64,000 nucleotides of DNA from Clostridiales bacterium (GTDB taxonomy: Bacteria; Bacillota; Clostridia; Oscillospirales; CAG-272). The stretch lies in the NCBI GenBank assembly GCA_022791685.1, contig JAAVZO010000034.1, positions 415 to 64,414 of the forward strand, read 5' to 3'. Below are positions 40,675 to 50,441 of the stretch, piece by piece. A program made the position numbers and the translations under genes. Under the pieces are notes generated by a model. It ran no database searches. It saw only the letters and a program-made list of their open reading frames with translations, and was not told the DNA's origin. Each line of letters starts with the position of its first letter. Positions within the stretch are counted from its first letter, which is position 1.

Positions 40675-41754
40675 ATGATCAATGTAAAAAGCTTTAGCTG
40701 CGAGGAGCTTGGAATCACTTCCAACGAGCTCACATCTCGCGAAAATCTCCGATTCTACAACGTAAAATCCGACCCGTTCAGAATCTACGGACTCTATGAC
40801 GCGAAAAATCAATCGGTTTATCACCGAATTCCCGAATCAGTCGCCGAGGCAACAAGCGACAGCGTAAAAGGACTCAACTTTGAAACCGCTGGAGGGCGTG
40901 TTCGCTTTAAGACGACATCGCGCTATCTTGCAATGAAAGTTATAACCAAAAGTTCAGCAAAAATGATAAATATGTGTCTGATTGGCTCATCTTCTTTGGA
41001 TGTTTATATGTCCAAAAATGGTGGCAGAGATACATTTCTGTCGCTGTTCAGACCGCCATACGACTACACCACCGGATATGATGGAATCATCGAGCTTCCA
41101 GACGGTGAAAAGGAGCTCACTGTCAACTTCCCACTCTATTCGGGCGCAGTCGAATTATATCTTGGACTCGATTCGACCTCGACGCTTGACGCACACAGCG
41201 ACTACAAATACGAGCGGCCAGTACTTTTTTACGGCTCGTCAATAACTCAAGGTGGGTGTGCATCCCGCGCTGGAATGGCGTATGAAGCGATAATCTCACG
41301 TCGCCTCGACACAAACTACATAAATCTCGGCTTCTCCGGAAGCGCAAAAGCCGAAGACGCAATCGTAGACTACATGGCATCGCTCGATTTTTCGGTTTTC
41401 GTTTGCGACTATGACCACAACGCTCCAAATCCGGAATATCTTGCAGAAACGCATGAGAAAATGTACACAAAAATTCGTACTGCTCACCCCGATATTCCTG
41501 TGATATTTGTCGGAAAGCCTGACTTTTGGCTCAGAAGCGCCGACCCGCTCAAGCGCCGCGACGTAATATACAATACATACAACAACGCACGACTGCGCGG
41601 TGAAAAGGTTCTGTTTGTCGACGGATACTCCCTGTTCGCAGGAGAAATGCGTGAGGATTGCACGGTCGACGGCTGCCATCCAAACGATCTCGGTATGACT
41701 CGTATGGCTGATGTCATCGGAAAAGCAGTCGAATTTGCGCTTACTGAAATGTAA
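40675..41754 (+). CDS. SGNH/GDSL-family hydrolase with N-terminal beta-sandwich (CE2-like esterase)
   Basis: Block I FYGSSITQG with the nucleophile Ser. Block V DGCHPND with the catalytic His. No signal peptide. Confidence 0.65.
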   Translation: MINVKSFSCEELGITSNELTSRENLRFYNVKSDPFRIYGLYDAKNQSVYHRIPESVAEATSDSVKGLNFETAGGRVRFKTTSRYLAMKVITKSSAKMINMCLIGSSSLDVYMSKNGGRDTFLSLFRPPYDYTTGYDGIIELPDGEKELTVNFPLYSGAVELYLGLDSTSTLDAHSDYKYERPVLFYGSSITQGGCASRAGMAYEAIISRRLDTNYINLGFSGSAKAEDAIVDYMASLDFSVFVCDYDHNAPNPEYLAETHEKMYTKIRTAHPDIPVIFVGKPDFWLRSADPLKRRDVIYNTYNNARLRGEKVLFVDGYSLFAGEMREDCTVDGCHPNDLGMTRMADVIGKAVEFALTEM

Positions 41755-41769
41755 TTATTTATTACTTTT

Positions 41770-42321
41770 ATGAGCACAACAATAGAAACTAAACGTCTAA
41801 AAATGCGCGAAATGAATCAGGAAGATTACACCGCATTATGTAAAATTTTACAGGACAATGATGTAATGTACGCATATAATGGTGCCTTCAATGATTCTGA
41901 AGTGCAGGATTGGCTCGACCGTCAACTCGCGCGTTATATTGAATACAACCATAAATTCGGTCTTTGGGCCGTAATTTTAAAGGAAACTGGCGAGATGATT
42001 GGGCAATGCGGACTCACAAAACAGCCTTGGCATGATGAAATAGTACTGGAAATTGGTTATTTGTTCCAAAAAGCCTACTGGCATAAGGGATATGCGACCG
42101 AGGCAGCAATAGCTTGTAGGGACTATGCCTTCACACGGCTTGGGGCTGACGAAGTTTGCTCGATCATACGCGACACGAACATCGCGTCGCAGAAGGTAGC
42201 GCAGCGCGTTGGAATGGAAATTGCTGACAGTTGGACGAAGCATTATCGAGGTGTCGACATGCCGCATTATCGTTTTAAAATAACTAACCAGAAAGGCATA
42301 TATAATAATGAAGGAAACTAA
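41770..42321 (+). CDS. GNAT-family N-acetyltransferase (RimJ/RimL-like)
   Basis: Acetyltransf_3-type pattern ...GQCGL...EIGYLFQKAYWHKGYATEA... Confidence 0.7.
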   Translation: MSTTIETKRLKMREMNQEDYTALCKILQDNDVMYAYNGAFNDSEVQDWLDRQLARYIEYNHKFGLWAVILKETGEMIGQCGLTKQPWHDEIVLEIGYLFQKAYWHKGYATEAAIACRDYAFTRLGADEVCSIIRDTNIASQKVAQRVGMEIADSWTKHYRGVDMPHYRFKITNQKGIYNNEGN

Positions 42322-43339
42322 ATTTGACGGCTCGGTGGTCGCGCTGCCAGACACAGTTGCGCTCGACGATGAACGCAGCGCACTGGTTATAATCGACCAA
42401 ACTCAGCTGCCGCGCCGACTCGAGCTCATCGCATTGACCGAGCAAGTGCAGATTTTCGAAGCGATTCGCTCACTGCGAGTCCGCGGCGCTCCAGCGATCG
42501 GTGTATCGGCAGCAATTGGGTATTATCTTGCCGCGAAACAGTTGGTTAATTGCGGAGATAAATCAATATTTTTCCAAAAGATAGGCGCTGCACGTGAATA
42601 TCTCGCATCGTCACGTCCCACGGCAGTCAACCTCTTTTGGGCGCTCGACCGTATGCAGAATGTAACTGATACACACTCGAATTTATCGGTTGTCGAAATT
42701 GTCACTAAACTTCACGAGGAATGCTTGAAAATCCGTGATGAAGATATAGAATCATGCCGTAGAATTGGTGAAAATGGACTAAAAATACTTGGCAGATCGC
42801 GCAATATTCTAACACATTGCAATGCCGGCCAGCTCGCCGCTGTTCGCTACGGAACCGCCCTCGCGCCGATTCATCTCGGACACGAACGTGGAATAGACTT
42901 CAAAGTCTACTGTGACGAGACTCGTCCACTGCTGCAAGGTATGAGATTGTCGGCGTTTGAACTGGCAGCAAATGGAATTGACACGACAGTGATATGTGAC
43001 AACATGGTGTCGAGTCTGATGTCGCAGGGCAAAATCGACGCGGTGATCGTCGGTGCGGACCGCATCGCTGCGAATGGTGACACTGCGAACAAAATCGGTA
43101 CATCCGGAGTAGCAATTTTGGCGAAATATTATAATATTCCCTTCTATGTTGCCGCGCCGAAGTCAACATTTGATATGTCGACACCGACCGGCAAAGATAT
43201 CATAATCGAACAGCGCGATCCGAGTGAGATCGGCGAATTATGGTTCAGTGAACCACTGTCGCCCGACGGTGCGAAGACCTATAACCCCGCGTTCGATGTT
43301 ACACCGCACGAGCTGATAACCGGATTTATAACCGATTGA
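42308..43339 (+). CDS. mtnA: S-methyl-5-thioribose-1-phosphate isomerase
   Basis: IIDQTQLP, VRGAPAIG, RPTAVNLFWAL, THCNAG, CDETRPLLQG, GADRIAANGDTANKIGT, NPAFDVTP. Confidence 0.88.
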   Translation: MKETKFDGSVVALPDTVALDDERSALVIIDQTQLPRRLELIALTEQVQIFEAIRSLRVRGAPAIGVSAAIGYYLAAKQLVNCGDKSIFFQKIGAAREYLASSRPTAVNLFWALDRMQNVTDTHSNLSVVEIVTKLHEECLKIRDEDIESCRRIGENGLKILGRSRNILTHCNAGQLAAVRYGTALAPIHLGHERGIDFKVYCDETRPLLQGMRLSAFELAANGIDTTVICDNMVSSLMSQGKIDAVIVGADRIAANGDTANKIGTSGVAILAKYYNIPFYVAAPKSTFDMSTPTGKDIIIEQRDPSEIGELWFSEPLSPDGAKTYNPAFDVTPHELITGFITD

Positions 43340-43377
43340 TTCATATTTTGCCGTCGTGAAAATGTACATTACGCCTA

Positions 43378-43406
43378 TTGACAAGCGCTTATAAATTTGA
43401 TATAAT
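43378..43406 (+). promoter_or_regulatory. Consensus SigA promoter for alaS
   Basis: TTGACA (43378-43383), 17-nt spacer, TATAAT (43401-43406). The short leader of about 45 nt means there is no T-box here. Confidence 0.7.
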
Positions 43407-43458
43407 ATAGTAATAAACATAATCTGATAACTATCGGAATTTCCGGAGGAATTTTACA

Positions 43459-46089
43459 ATGCAATGGACAGGCTTAAATGAGCTGCGCGAAAAATACCTC
43501 TCCTTCTTCGAATCGAAGGGTCATCTTCGCCTTCCCAGCTACTCGCTGATACCAAATAACGATAAATCTTTGCTGCTGATCAATTCCGGCATGGCACCGA
43601 TGAAGAAATTCTTCACCGGTGAGGTCACACCACCTCGCAACCGCGTCACTACCTGCCAGAAATGTATTCGCACACCCGACCTTGACCGCGTCGGTCACAC
43701 CGCGCGTCATGGAACTTATTTCGAAATGCTCGGCAACTTCAGCTTCGGTGACTACTTCAAGCATGAAGCGATCGCATGGGCATGGGAATTTTTGACAAAA
43801 GTGCTCGAGATCCCGGCTGACTTGCTCTGGCCTTCTGTATATGAAAACGATGACGAGGCTTACAACATCTGGAAAGATGAAATCGGTGTCGATCCGGCAC
43901 ATATCGTTCGTCTCGGCAAGGCCGATAATTTCTGGGAACATGGTTCAGGTCCATGTGGTCCCTGCTCCGAAATTTATTTCGACCGCGGAGAAAAGTACGG
44001 TTGCGGCTCGCCTGACTGCAAGCCCGGCTGCGATTGCGACAGATATATGGAAATCTGGAACAACGTTTTTTCGCAGTTCAACAATGATGGAAACGGCAAC
44101 TATACCGACCTTATACAGAAGAACATTGATACCGGAATGGGACTTGAGCGTCTTGCATGTGTTATGCAAGGTGTCGATAATCTCTTTGAAGTTGACACAG
44201 TTCGCAAAATTTTAGATACAGTTTGTTCGATTTCTTGCAAAAAATATGGTGTCGATGCAAATAATGATATTTCTATCCGTGTTGTAACCGACCACATCCG
44301 CAGCGCAACATTCATGATTTCGGACGGCGTTATTCCGTCGAACGAGGGTCGCGGATATGTGCTTAGACGTATTCTGCGCCGCGCCGCACGTCATGGTAAG
44401 CTGCTCGGAATCAATCGTCCGTTCCTGACTGATCTCTGTGAAGTTGTTATCGACCAGAATGCCGGCGCATATCCAGAGCTCGTCGAAAAGCACAGCTACA
44501 TTCTGAAAGTAATTTCGATGGAGGAAGAGCGCTTCGACGCTACAATTGACGCAGGACTTACAATTTTGTCGAATCTCACTCGCCGCGCACTTACCGACGG
44601 AATAAACACTATCTCGGGTGAAGAGGTCTTCAAGCTTTACGATACATTTGGATTCCCGATTGATCTTACACGCGAGATCGTCAGTGAAAAGAATCTCGGA
44701 ATTGACGAGGACAAGTTCAAAGAACTGATGGATGCTCAGAAAAACCGTGCACGTCAGGCGCGCGCTAATATCTCAGGATGGAGCGATACGTCAAAGACTA
44801 TGCTTGCTGAGCTCCCCAAAACAATTTTCACAGGTTATGAAGAAACTATTACCAACGACGCTAAGGTTATCGCACTTATCGTCGATGACACTCCAGTTGA
44901 GCGTGTCACCGAAGGCGACTGCACGATAATTCTTGACAAAACCCCCTTCTATGGCGAGGGTGGCGGTCAGGTTGGTGACACTGGAACTATTTACGATCAC
45001 GACACGATGATAACCGTAACTGACACGAAAAAGTCGGACGGAGTGTATATCCATCTCTGCACGCTGGTCAACGGTGATGTCAAGGTCGGCGACCCAGTCA
45101 GAGCTGAGGTCAACGAAATGCGCCGTCAGGCAATCAAGCGCAATCATTCTGCGGTACACCTTCTGCAGGCTGCACTTCGTCAGGTGCTCGGCACTCATGT
45201 TCAGCAGTCGGGTTCGTATGTTGACGAATACCGCGCACGTTTTGACTTTACACACTTTGCGGCGCTGACTGAGGAAGAGCTTACCGCGGTCGAATCGCTC
45301 GTCAACGCTCATATCTTGCTCGGAGAAGACATTGTCACAACAGAAACCGACATCGCAACCGCACGTGCGAATGGCGCAATGGCATTATTTGGCGAAAAGT
45401 ACGGTGATGTTGTCCGCATGGTAAAGATGGGAACATTCTCGACCGAGCTCTGCGGAGGTACTCATCTCGATAATACTGGAAAATGCGGTCTGTTCAAAAT
45501 AATTTCTGAGTCATCAGTCGCAGCTGGAGTTCGTCGAATCGAGGGAATTACCGGTCTTGAAGTGCTGAAGTTCCTGCACGAACGCGAACAGCTCATCAAC
45601 GACACCGCGCGCGAGCTGAAATCCGCACCTGCTGAGATCGCAAAGCGCGGCGCACAGATTTCCGACGAGCTAAAATCAGCAAAGCACGAAATCGAATCGC
45701 TCAACGCGAAGATCGCAGCTTCTAAAACCGCTGATATCATGAATAACGCGGTTACGGTTGGCGCAGTTACAGTTGTGGTATCAAGTACCGATGGAATGAA
45801 CCCCGATGCAGCACGTCAAGTAATCGACGACCTCAAGTCGCAGAACTCAAATGCGGTGATTTTACTTTCGACCAATTGCGAAGGTAAGGTAAATCTGCTC
45901 TGCGGCTGTGGTAAAGACGCAGTTTCTGCTGGCGCTCATGCTGGAAAAATCGTCGGCGCAGCAGCTCAGCTCACCGGCGGCAAGGGTGGCGGCCGTCCAG
46001 ACAACGCAATGTCCGGTGTCAAGGATGTGTCAAAGCTGTCTGAAGCACTTGCGGCAGTTGTTGGAATTGTCGAAGGCATATTAAAATAA
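43459..46089 (+). CDS. alaS: Alanine--tRNA ligase
   Basis: 876 aa. HTARHGTYFEMLGNFSFGDYFK. Editing-domain HxxxH (HSAVHLL) and CGGTH. C-terminal DHHA1 (GGKGGGRPD). Confidence 0.97.
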   Translation: MQWTGLNELREKYLSFFESKGHLRLPSYSLIPNNDKSLLLINSGMAPMKKFFTGEVTPPRNRVTTCQKCIRTPDLDRVGHTARHGTYFEMLGNFSFGDYFKHEAIAWAWEFLTKVLEIPADLLWPSVYENDDEAYNIWKDEIGVDPAHIVRLGKADNFWEHGSGPCGPCSEIYFDRGEKYGCGSPDCKPGCDCDRYMEIWNNVFSQFNNDGNGNYTDLIQKNIDTGMGLERLACVMQGVDNLFEVDTVRKILDTVCSISCKKYGVDANNDISIRVVTDHIRSATFMISDGVIPSNEGRGYVLRRILRRAARHGKLLGINRPFLTDLCEVVIDQNAGAYPELVEKHSYILKVISMEEERFDATIDAGLTILSNLTRRALTDGINTISGEEVFKLYDTFGFPIDLTREIVSEKNLGIDEDKFKELMDAQKNRARQARANISGWSDTSKTMLAELPKTIFTGYEETITNDAKVIALIVDDTPVERVTEGDCTIILDKTPFYGEGGGQVGDTGTIYDHDTMITVTDTKKSDGVYIHLCTLVNGDVKVGDPVRAEVNEMRRQAIKRNHSAVHLLQAALRQVLGTHVQQSGSYVDEYRARFDFTHFAALTEEELTAVESLVNAHILLGEDIVTTETDIATARANGAMALFGEKYGDVVRMVKMGTFSTELCGGTHLDNTGKCGLFKIISESSVAAGVRRIEGITGLEVLKFLHEREQLINDTARELKSAPAEIAKRGAQISDELKSAKHEIESLNAKIAASKTADIMNNAVTVGAVTVVVSSTDGMNPDAARQVIDDLKSQNSNAVILLSTNCEGKVNLLCGCGKDAVSAGAHAGKIVGAAAQLTGGKGGGRPDNAMSGVKDVSKLSEALAAVVGIVEGILK

Positions 46090-46096
46090 ATAAAAT

Positions 46097-46131
46097 TAAA
46101 AGTAGAGAGCTATAAGCTCTCTACTTTTTTT
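46097..46131. terminator. Bidirectional intrinsic terminator
   Basis: AAAAGTAGAGAGC-TATAA-GCTCTCTACTTTTTTT between convergent genes. Confidence 0.85.
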
Positions 46132-46138
46132 GCTATAT

Positions 46139-47221
46139 TCAAATATGCAAATCGCGTTTTCCAGAACGAATATCCTTCATCGCATGAACGATCAAGCCCC
46201 GTACTTCAGCGTTTTGTATAGTGTATAGCTCACGCAAAATTGTGTCTGTACCAATAATCCTCGTGTCTTGGCTGGCAAAATCTGACAAATATTCTTTCAA
46301 ACTCAACAACGCATTGAGAAAACATAAACTATTCATATGTCCCTCGCGGCATAGCTTCTGATATTCACATCCTACCCTGCCCTCACGACCGCATGCCGAA
46401 CAAAAGCTCGGAAGAAATCCGGCGTGCAGAAACTGATTCACAGTCATATCGAGCGACATCACTGTGGAGTCAATTTGAACACTTGTTGCACTTGTTTTGA
46501 ATATATTCAGCGGCTCATTCGACGATATCATCAATCCAGCTTGCGGACACGCAATGCGCAGAACAGCACAAATTCGCAAGAAAATTTCGTCAGCGACAGC
46601 TTCATCACGCTTAACGACGATAGTTCTTACAATCGTCTCATCAGTGCATTTTTTTATAGATTCTGTACGATCAAGCAACACTCGTAGCTCATTTTTGTAA
46701 TCTACCGTGAAGCGCGCACTGAGTCCAATATCTGCAAATCCTATGTTGAGTGCCGCAAAAATTTCGGGAGTAAGCTCGACCGACTCGCCAGACTCGAGTT
46801 CAACATCAAGCGGCTCACCAGAATTCGCAGCCGGAAGTATCAGCGTAGAAATAAGCGGACGCAAGTTTTCAAATTGTGCTGGGCTCGATTGACCGACCAT
46901 ACACGCGTCGATACGGCGAATTCCACACTTTCCGCTGCGATACGCGAGCATTTGCTCAACCGAAAATTCATCGCAATCGCCGCCAACACGACAAATCAAC
47001 CGCCTATGCCCCGCACCAGCAAGCGCTTCTCCTGCACCAACCGAATCGAACGGTGCGGTAATTGTCACCACTTTTGAGAAATACCTGCTGCGCAACTCTT
47101 CTGCAATCTCATCAATCAAAGTATCGGATTCGAAAAGCGTGAGCGCGTCATCTGCCGAGAGAGCGTCGCCAGTGCGCGCGCGCGCCAAAATTTCATTTAT
47201 ATTTTTTATTGACATTGCCAT
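46139..47221 (-). CDS. ThiH/HydG-like protein with BATS-type C-terminus but no canonical radical-SAM cysteine triad
   Basis: The C-terminal LPSFCSACGREGRVGCEYQKLCREGHMNSLCFLNALLSLKEYLSDFA closely mirrors the ThiH/HydG PSFCTACYR.GRTG..FM...K.G.I...C.PNA..TL.EYL.DY block. The segment where CX3CX2C belongs reads ITAPFDSVGAGEAL. Confidence 0.6.
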   Translation of the reverse strand: MAMSIKNINEILARARTGDALSADDALTLFESDTLIDEIAEELRSRYFSKVVTITAPFDSVGAGEALAGAGHRRLICRVGGDCDEFSVEQMLAYRSGKCGIRRIDACMVGQSSPAQFENLRPLISTLILPAANSGEPLDVELESGESVELTPEIFAALNIGFADIGLSARFTVDYKNELRVLLDRTESIKKCTDETIVRTIVVKRDEAVADEIFLRICAVLRIACPQAGLMISSNEPLNIFKTSATSVQIDSTVMSLDMTVNQFLHAGFLPSFCSACGREGRVGCEYQKLCREGHMNSLCFLNALLSLKEYLSDFASQDTRIIGTDTILRELYTIQNAEVRGLIVHAMKDIRSGKRDLHI

Positions 47222-47246
47222 TTTCCTTTAAAATTATGTTATGTAT

Positions 47247-47275
47247 ATTATATCATATATTTGCAAAAAATGCAA
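47247..47275 (-). promoter_or_regulatory. SigA-type promoter for the ThiH/HydG-like gene
   Basis: On the minus strand: TTGCAT, 17-nt spacer, TGaTATAAT. Confidence 0.6.
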
Positions 47276-47334
47276 TATAAGCGAGCAAAAAAATCACATT
47301 ATACAATTTTTATAATTATAAAATTAAACAACAA

Positions 47335-47370
47335 AATGACTATGAAACATATGCTTCATAGTCATTTTTT
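47335..47370 (-). terminator. Terminator of the arg operon
   Basis: AATGACTATGAA / TTCATAGTCATT stem with U-rich flanks on both strands, 12 nt after the argF stop. Confidence 0.8.
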
Positions 47371-47381
47371 ATATTATTAAA

Positions 47382-48308
47382 TTATTTTTGACCCATCAGC
47401 TTGACCATGACAGCCTTCTGAGCATGGAGACGGTTTTCGGCTTCCTCGAAAATCTCTTTTGCGTGCGCTTCAAACACCTTCGCAGTGATTTCCTCGCCAC
47501 GGTGAGCCGGCAGACAATGCTGAACCATAACGTCCTTCGCAGCAACATCGATCAATTCATCGTTTATCTGATATCCCTTGAACGCGATGCGGCGTTTTTC
47601 AGCCTCGGCTTCTTCTCCCATTGATGTCCAAACGTCGGTAAAAATGACATCTGCATCCATTGCTGCCTCAAAAATGTTGTCGGTGAGCTTGAAATTAGTT
47701 CCGTATGGCTTAGCAAAATCGAGCACCTGTGCGTCCGGATGATATCCGTCAGGGCAAGCAGCCGAAACCTTCATCCCAACAGTCAAGCCGCCAACGATAA
47801 GCGAGTTCGCCATGTTGTTTCCATCGCCGATGTAGCACATTTTCAAGCCGTCAAATCCACCCTTGAACTCACGAATGGTCTGCAAATCCGCCAGTACCTG
47901 ACATGGATGGCAATAATCGGTAAGTCCGTTAATTATCGGAATATCCGCATACTCTGCAAGATCCTCAACTTCCTTCTGAGCGAATGTACGGATCATGATT
48001 CCGTCGAGGTAGCGAGAGAGCACACGCGCGGTGTCCTCAACTGGCTCGCCGCGTCCGATTTGGAGGTCGCGTGAAGACAGGAACAGCGCCTGACCGCCGA
48101 GCTGGTACATACCAGTTTCAAACGAAACACGAGTACGTGTGGAAGCCTTCTGGAAAATCATACCAAGCGACTTACCGGCAAGGTGGTGATGCTCAATACC
48201 ATTCTTGCGCTCGTATTTGAGCTGAGAGGCAAGATTAAGTATGTCGAATATATCATCTTTGGTGAGATCAGCCATTTTTAAGAGATCATTTTTCATCTTT
48301 ATGTTCAT
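47382..48308 (-). CDS. argF: Ornithine carbamoyltransferase
   Basis: STRTRVSFE, HPCQ, HCLPAHRGEE. The start may be at 48308 or 48296. Confidence 0.93.
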   Translation of the reverse strand: MNIKMKNDLLKMADLTKDDIFDILNLASQLKYERKNGIEHHHLAGKSLGMIFQKASTRTRVSFETGMYQLGGQALFLSSRDLQIGRGEPVEDTARVLSRYLDGIMIRTFAQKEVEDLAEYADIPIINGLTDYCHPCQVLADLQTIREFKGGFDGLKMCYIGDGNNMANSLIVGGLTVGMKVSAACPDGYHPDAQVLDFAKPYGTNFKLTDNIFEAAMDADVIFTDVWTSMGEEAEAEKRRIAFKGYQINDELIDVAAKDVMVQHCLPAHRGEEITAKVFEAHAKEIFEEAENRLHAQKAVMVKLMGQK

Positions 48309-48331
48309 CCTTTCGAAAATTGTAAATATAT

Positions 48332-49510
48332 TTATTTCAGCGCGTCGATAAGTATAGCCAGTCCTGCGTCAATTTCTTCATAAGAAATCGTAAGCGGCGG
48401 AAGGAGTCTAACGACATCTTTTCCGGCAGTCAGCACAAGCAGACCGTTATCTGCACAAATATGCAGGATATCCTTCGGATTTGCATTAGTCTGAACACCG
48501 ATCATCATACCCTTTCCACGAATGCCAATGAGCTTAGCTGGTGCAGCTTCTAATAATTTTGTGCGAAAATACTCACCTTTTTTGTTGATTTCGTCAAGGG
48601 ATTCAGGCTTCGATACTCGTGCTATTACCTCAAGTGCGCCTGCGCATACAACGGGATTCGAACCGAAAGTAGTTCCATGCATACCCGCGCCAAGACAATC
48701 CTTTACCTTTTCGCCTCCGATAAATACACCAATCGGAAGTCCACCGCCAAGTCCCTTCGCAAGAGTCATTATATCCGGCTTGATTCCAAAATATTCATGT
48801 GCAAAGAATTTTCCAGTGCGTCCTATTCCGGTCTGCACTTCGTCAAATATAAGCAATATATCGTGTTCATCGCAATATTTACGTAATTTTTGTACATATC
48901 CATCTTCGAGTACATTTACTCCGCCCTCGCCCTGTATCGGCTCAGCGATTATAGCACAAACATCGGATGTGCAAGCTGCTTCAAGTGCTGAAAAATCGTT
49001 TGCTGGAACGTACTTGAACCCCTCAGTGAATGGGTAAAAATACTGGTGGAATACGTCCTGACCGGTTGCAGCGAGCGTTGTAATCGTTCGTCCGTGGAAC
49101 GAGCTTTCGAGTGAAACTATTGTCGCACGTCCAGCTCCATATTTATCGTATGAATATTTGCGTGCAAGCTTTATTGCACCTTCGTTCGCCTCTGCACCGG
49201 AATTTCCGAAGAACACCTGCGCCATTCCTGATAGCTTGATAAGCTGTTCTGCAACTTTTCCTGCATTTTCGCAATAGTAATAGTTGCACATATGCTGGAT
49301 TGAATTCAGCTGTGCAGTTATCGCTTTTATCCAATTTTCATCGCAGTAGCCCAAAGAATTTACACCGATACCACTCGTGAAGTCGATGAAAGTTTTTCCA
49401 TCTGCATCAACCATTGTAGCGTTTTTGCCAGACTTAGGCGCTATCGGAAGCCGTCCATATGTTGGCATTATGTACTGTTGGTCAAGCGAAATTATTTCAT
49501 TTGTATTCAT
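48332..49510 (-). CDS. argD: Acetylornithine aminotransferase
   Basis: Class-III aminotransferase with GNSGAEANEGAIKLARK, DEVQTGIGRTG and the PLP-Lys block LAKGLGGG. Confidence 0.9.
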   Translation of the reverse strand: MNTNEIISLDQQYIMPTYGRLPIAPKSGKNATMVDADGKTFIDFTSGIGVNSLGYCDENWIKAITAQLNSIQHMCNYYYCENAGKVAEQLIKLSGMAQVFFGNSGAEANEGAIKLARKYSYDKYGAGRATIVSLESSFHGRTITTLAATGQDVFHQYFYPFTEGFKYVPANDFSALEAACTSDVCAIIAEPIQGEGGVNVLEDGYVQKLRKYCDEHDILLIFDEVQTGIGRTGKFFAHEYFGIKPDIMTLAKGLGGGLPIGVFIGGEKVKDCLGAGMHGTTFGSNPVVCAGALEVIARVSKPESLDEINKKGEYFRTKLLEAAPAKLIGIRGKGMMIGVQTNANPKDILHICADNGLLVLTAGKDVVRLLPPLTISYEEIDAGLAILIDALK

Positions 49511-49524
49511 AATAAATTCACCTA

Positions 49525-50394
49525 TTATTTTTTAAATAACGTTCCGATACCTTCATCAGAGAGCATTTCTATAAGTATCGAGTGAGGGATACGACCATCG
49601 AGAATTACTGTGTGATTGATCCCACCACGGACTGCGTCTACGCAGCACTCAACCTTCGGAATCATGCCGCCACTAATTACGCCGTTGTCGATAAGCTGCT
49701 GAACTTCATCCACACGAACCTCCGGAATAAGCGTTGATTCGTCGTGAGCGTCGCGAAGAATTCCGCGTGTATCGGTGAGCAACATTAAATTCTGCGCGCC
49801 GAGTGCGATAGCAATTTTGCACGCAGCTGTGTCCGCATTGATATTATATACCGAACTGTCAGAATCACCATAAGCGACGGTTGATACAACAGGAATATAG
49901 CCTTTTTCGATATTATCGCGTATAATCGAAGCGTCAACTTCGTATATTTCGCCGACATTTCCAAGGTCAACATCACCGCCAAGTTTCTTCGCCTTGATGA
50001 GTGCGCCGTCGATTCCGCAAAGTCCAACCGCACGACCACCAATCTGCTGTATCTTGTTTACGAGATCTTTGTTTGTTTTTCCGGCAAGAACCATTTGCAC
50101 AATGTCAATAGTTTCATCATCGGTATAACGCAATCCGTTGATAAATTTCGACTCTTTGCCGATTTTTTTGAGCATTTGTGAAATTTCTGGTCCGCCGCCG
50201 TGAACAAGTACAGTATTGATTCCAACCAGCGAAAGCAGCACAATATCAGAAATTACCGCCTGTTTCAGTTCTTCGTTTATCATCGCATTTCCGCCGTACT
50301 TTATTACAACGGTTTTGCCGGTATATTTTTGTATATATGGAAGCGCCTGGATTAAAACCGACGCTTTATCCTGATTTGATATTATCATTGCCAT
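49525..50394 (-). CDS. argB: Acetylglutamate kinase
   Basis: VVIKYGGNAM, VLVHGGGPEI, NINADTAA. Confidence 0.93.
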   Translation of the reverse strand: MAMIISNQDKASVLIQALPYIQKYTGKTVVIKYGGNAMINEELKQAVISDIVLLSLVGINTVLVHGGGPEISQMLKKIGKESKFINGLRYTDDETIDIVQMVLAGKTNKDLVNKIQQIGGRAVGLCGIDGALIKAKKLGGDVDLGNVGEIYEVDASIIRDNIEKGYIPVVSTVAYGDSDSSVYNINADTAACKIAIALGAQNLMLLTDTRGILRDAHDESTLIPEVRVDEVQQLIDNGVISGGMIPKVECCVDAVRGGINHTVILDGRIPHSILIEMLSDEGIGTLFKK

Positions 50395-50441
50395 TCCTCT
50401 ATCGTTTACAATATAGCCACAATTATGTGCGATTAGCCAAA

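Noticed and set aside
43340-43458. Possible T-box or other leader upstream of alaS
   Set aside because: The consensus promoter at 43378-43406 leaves only about 45 nt of leader, and no T-box core (GGUGG.ACC) is present.
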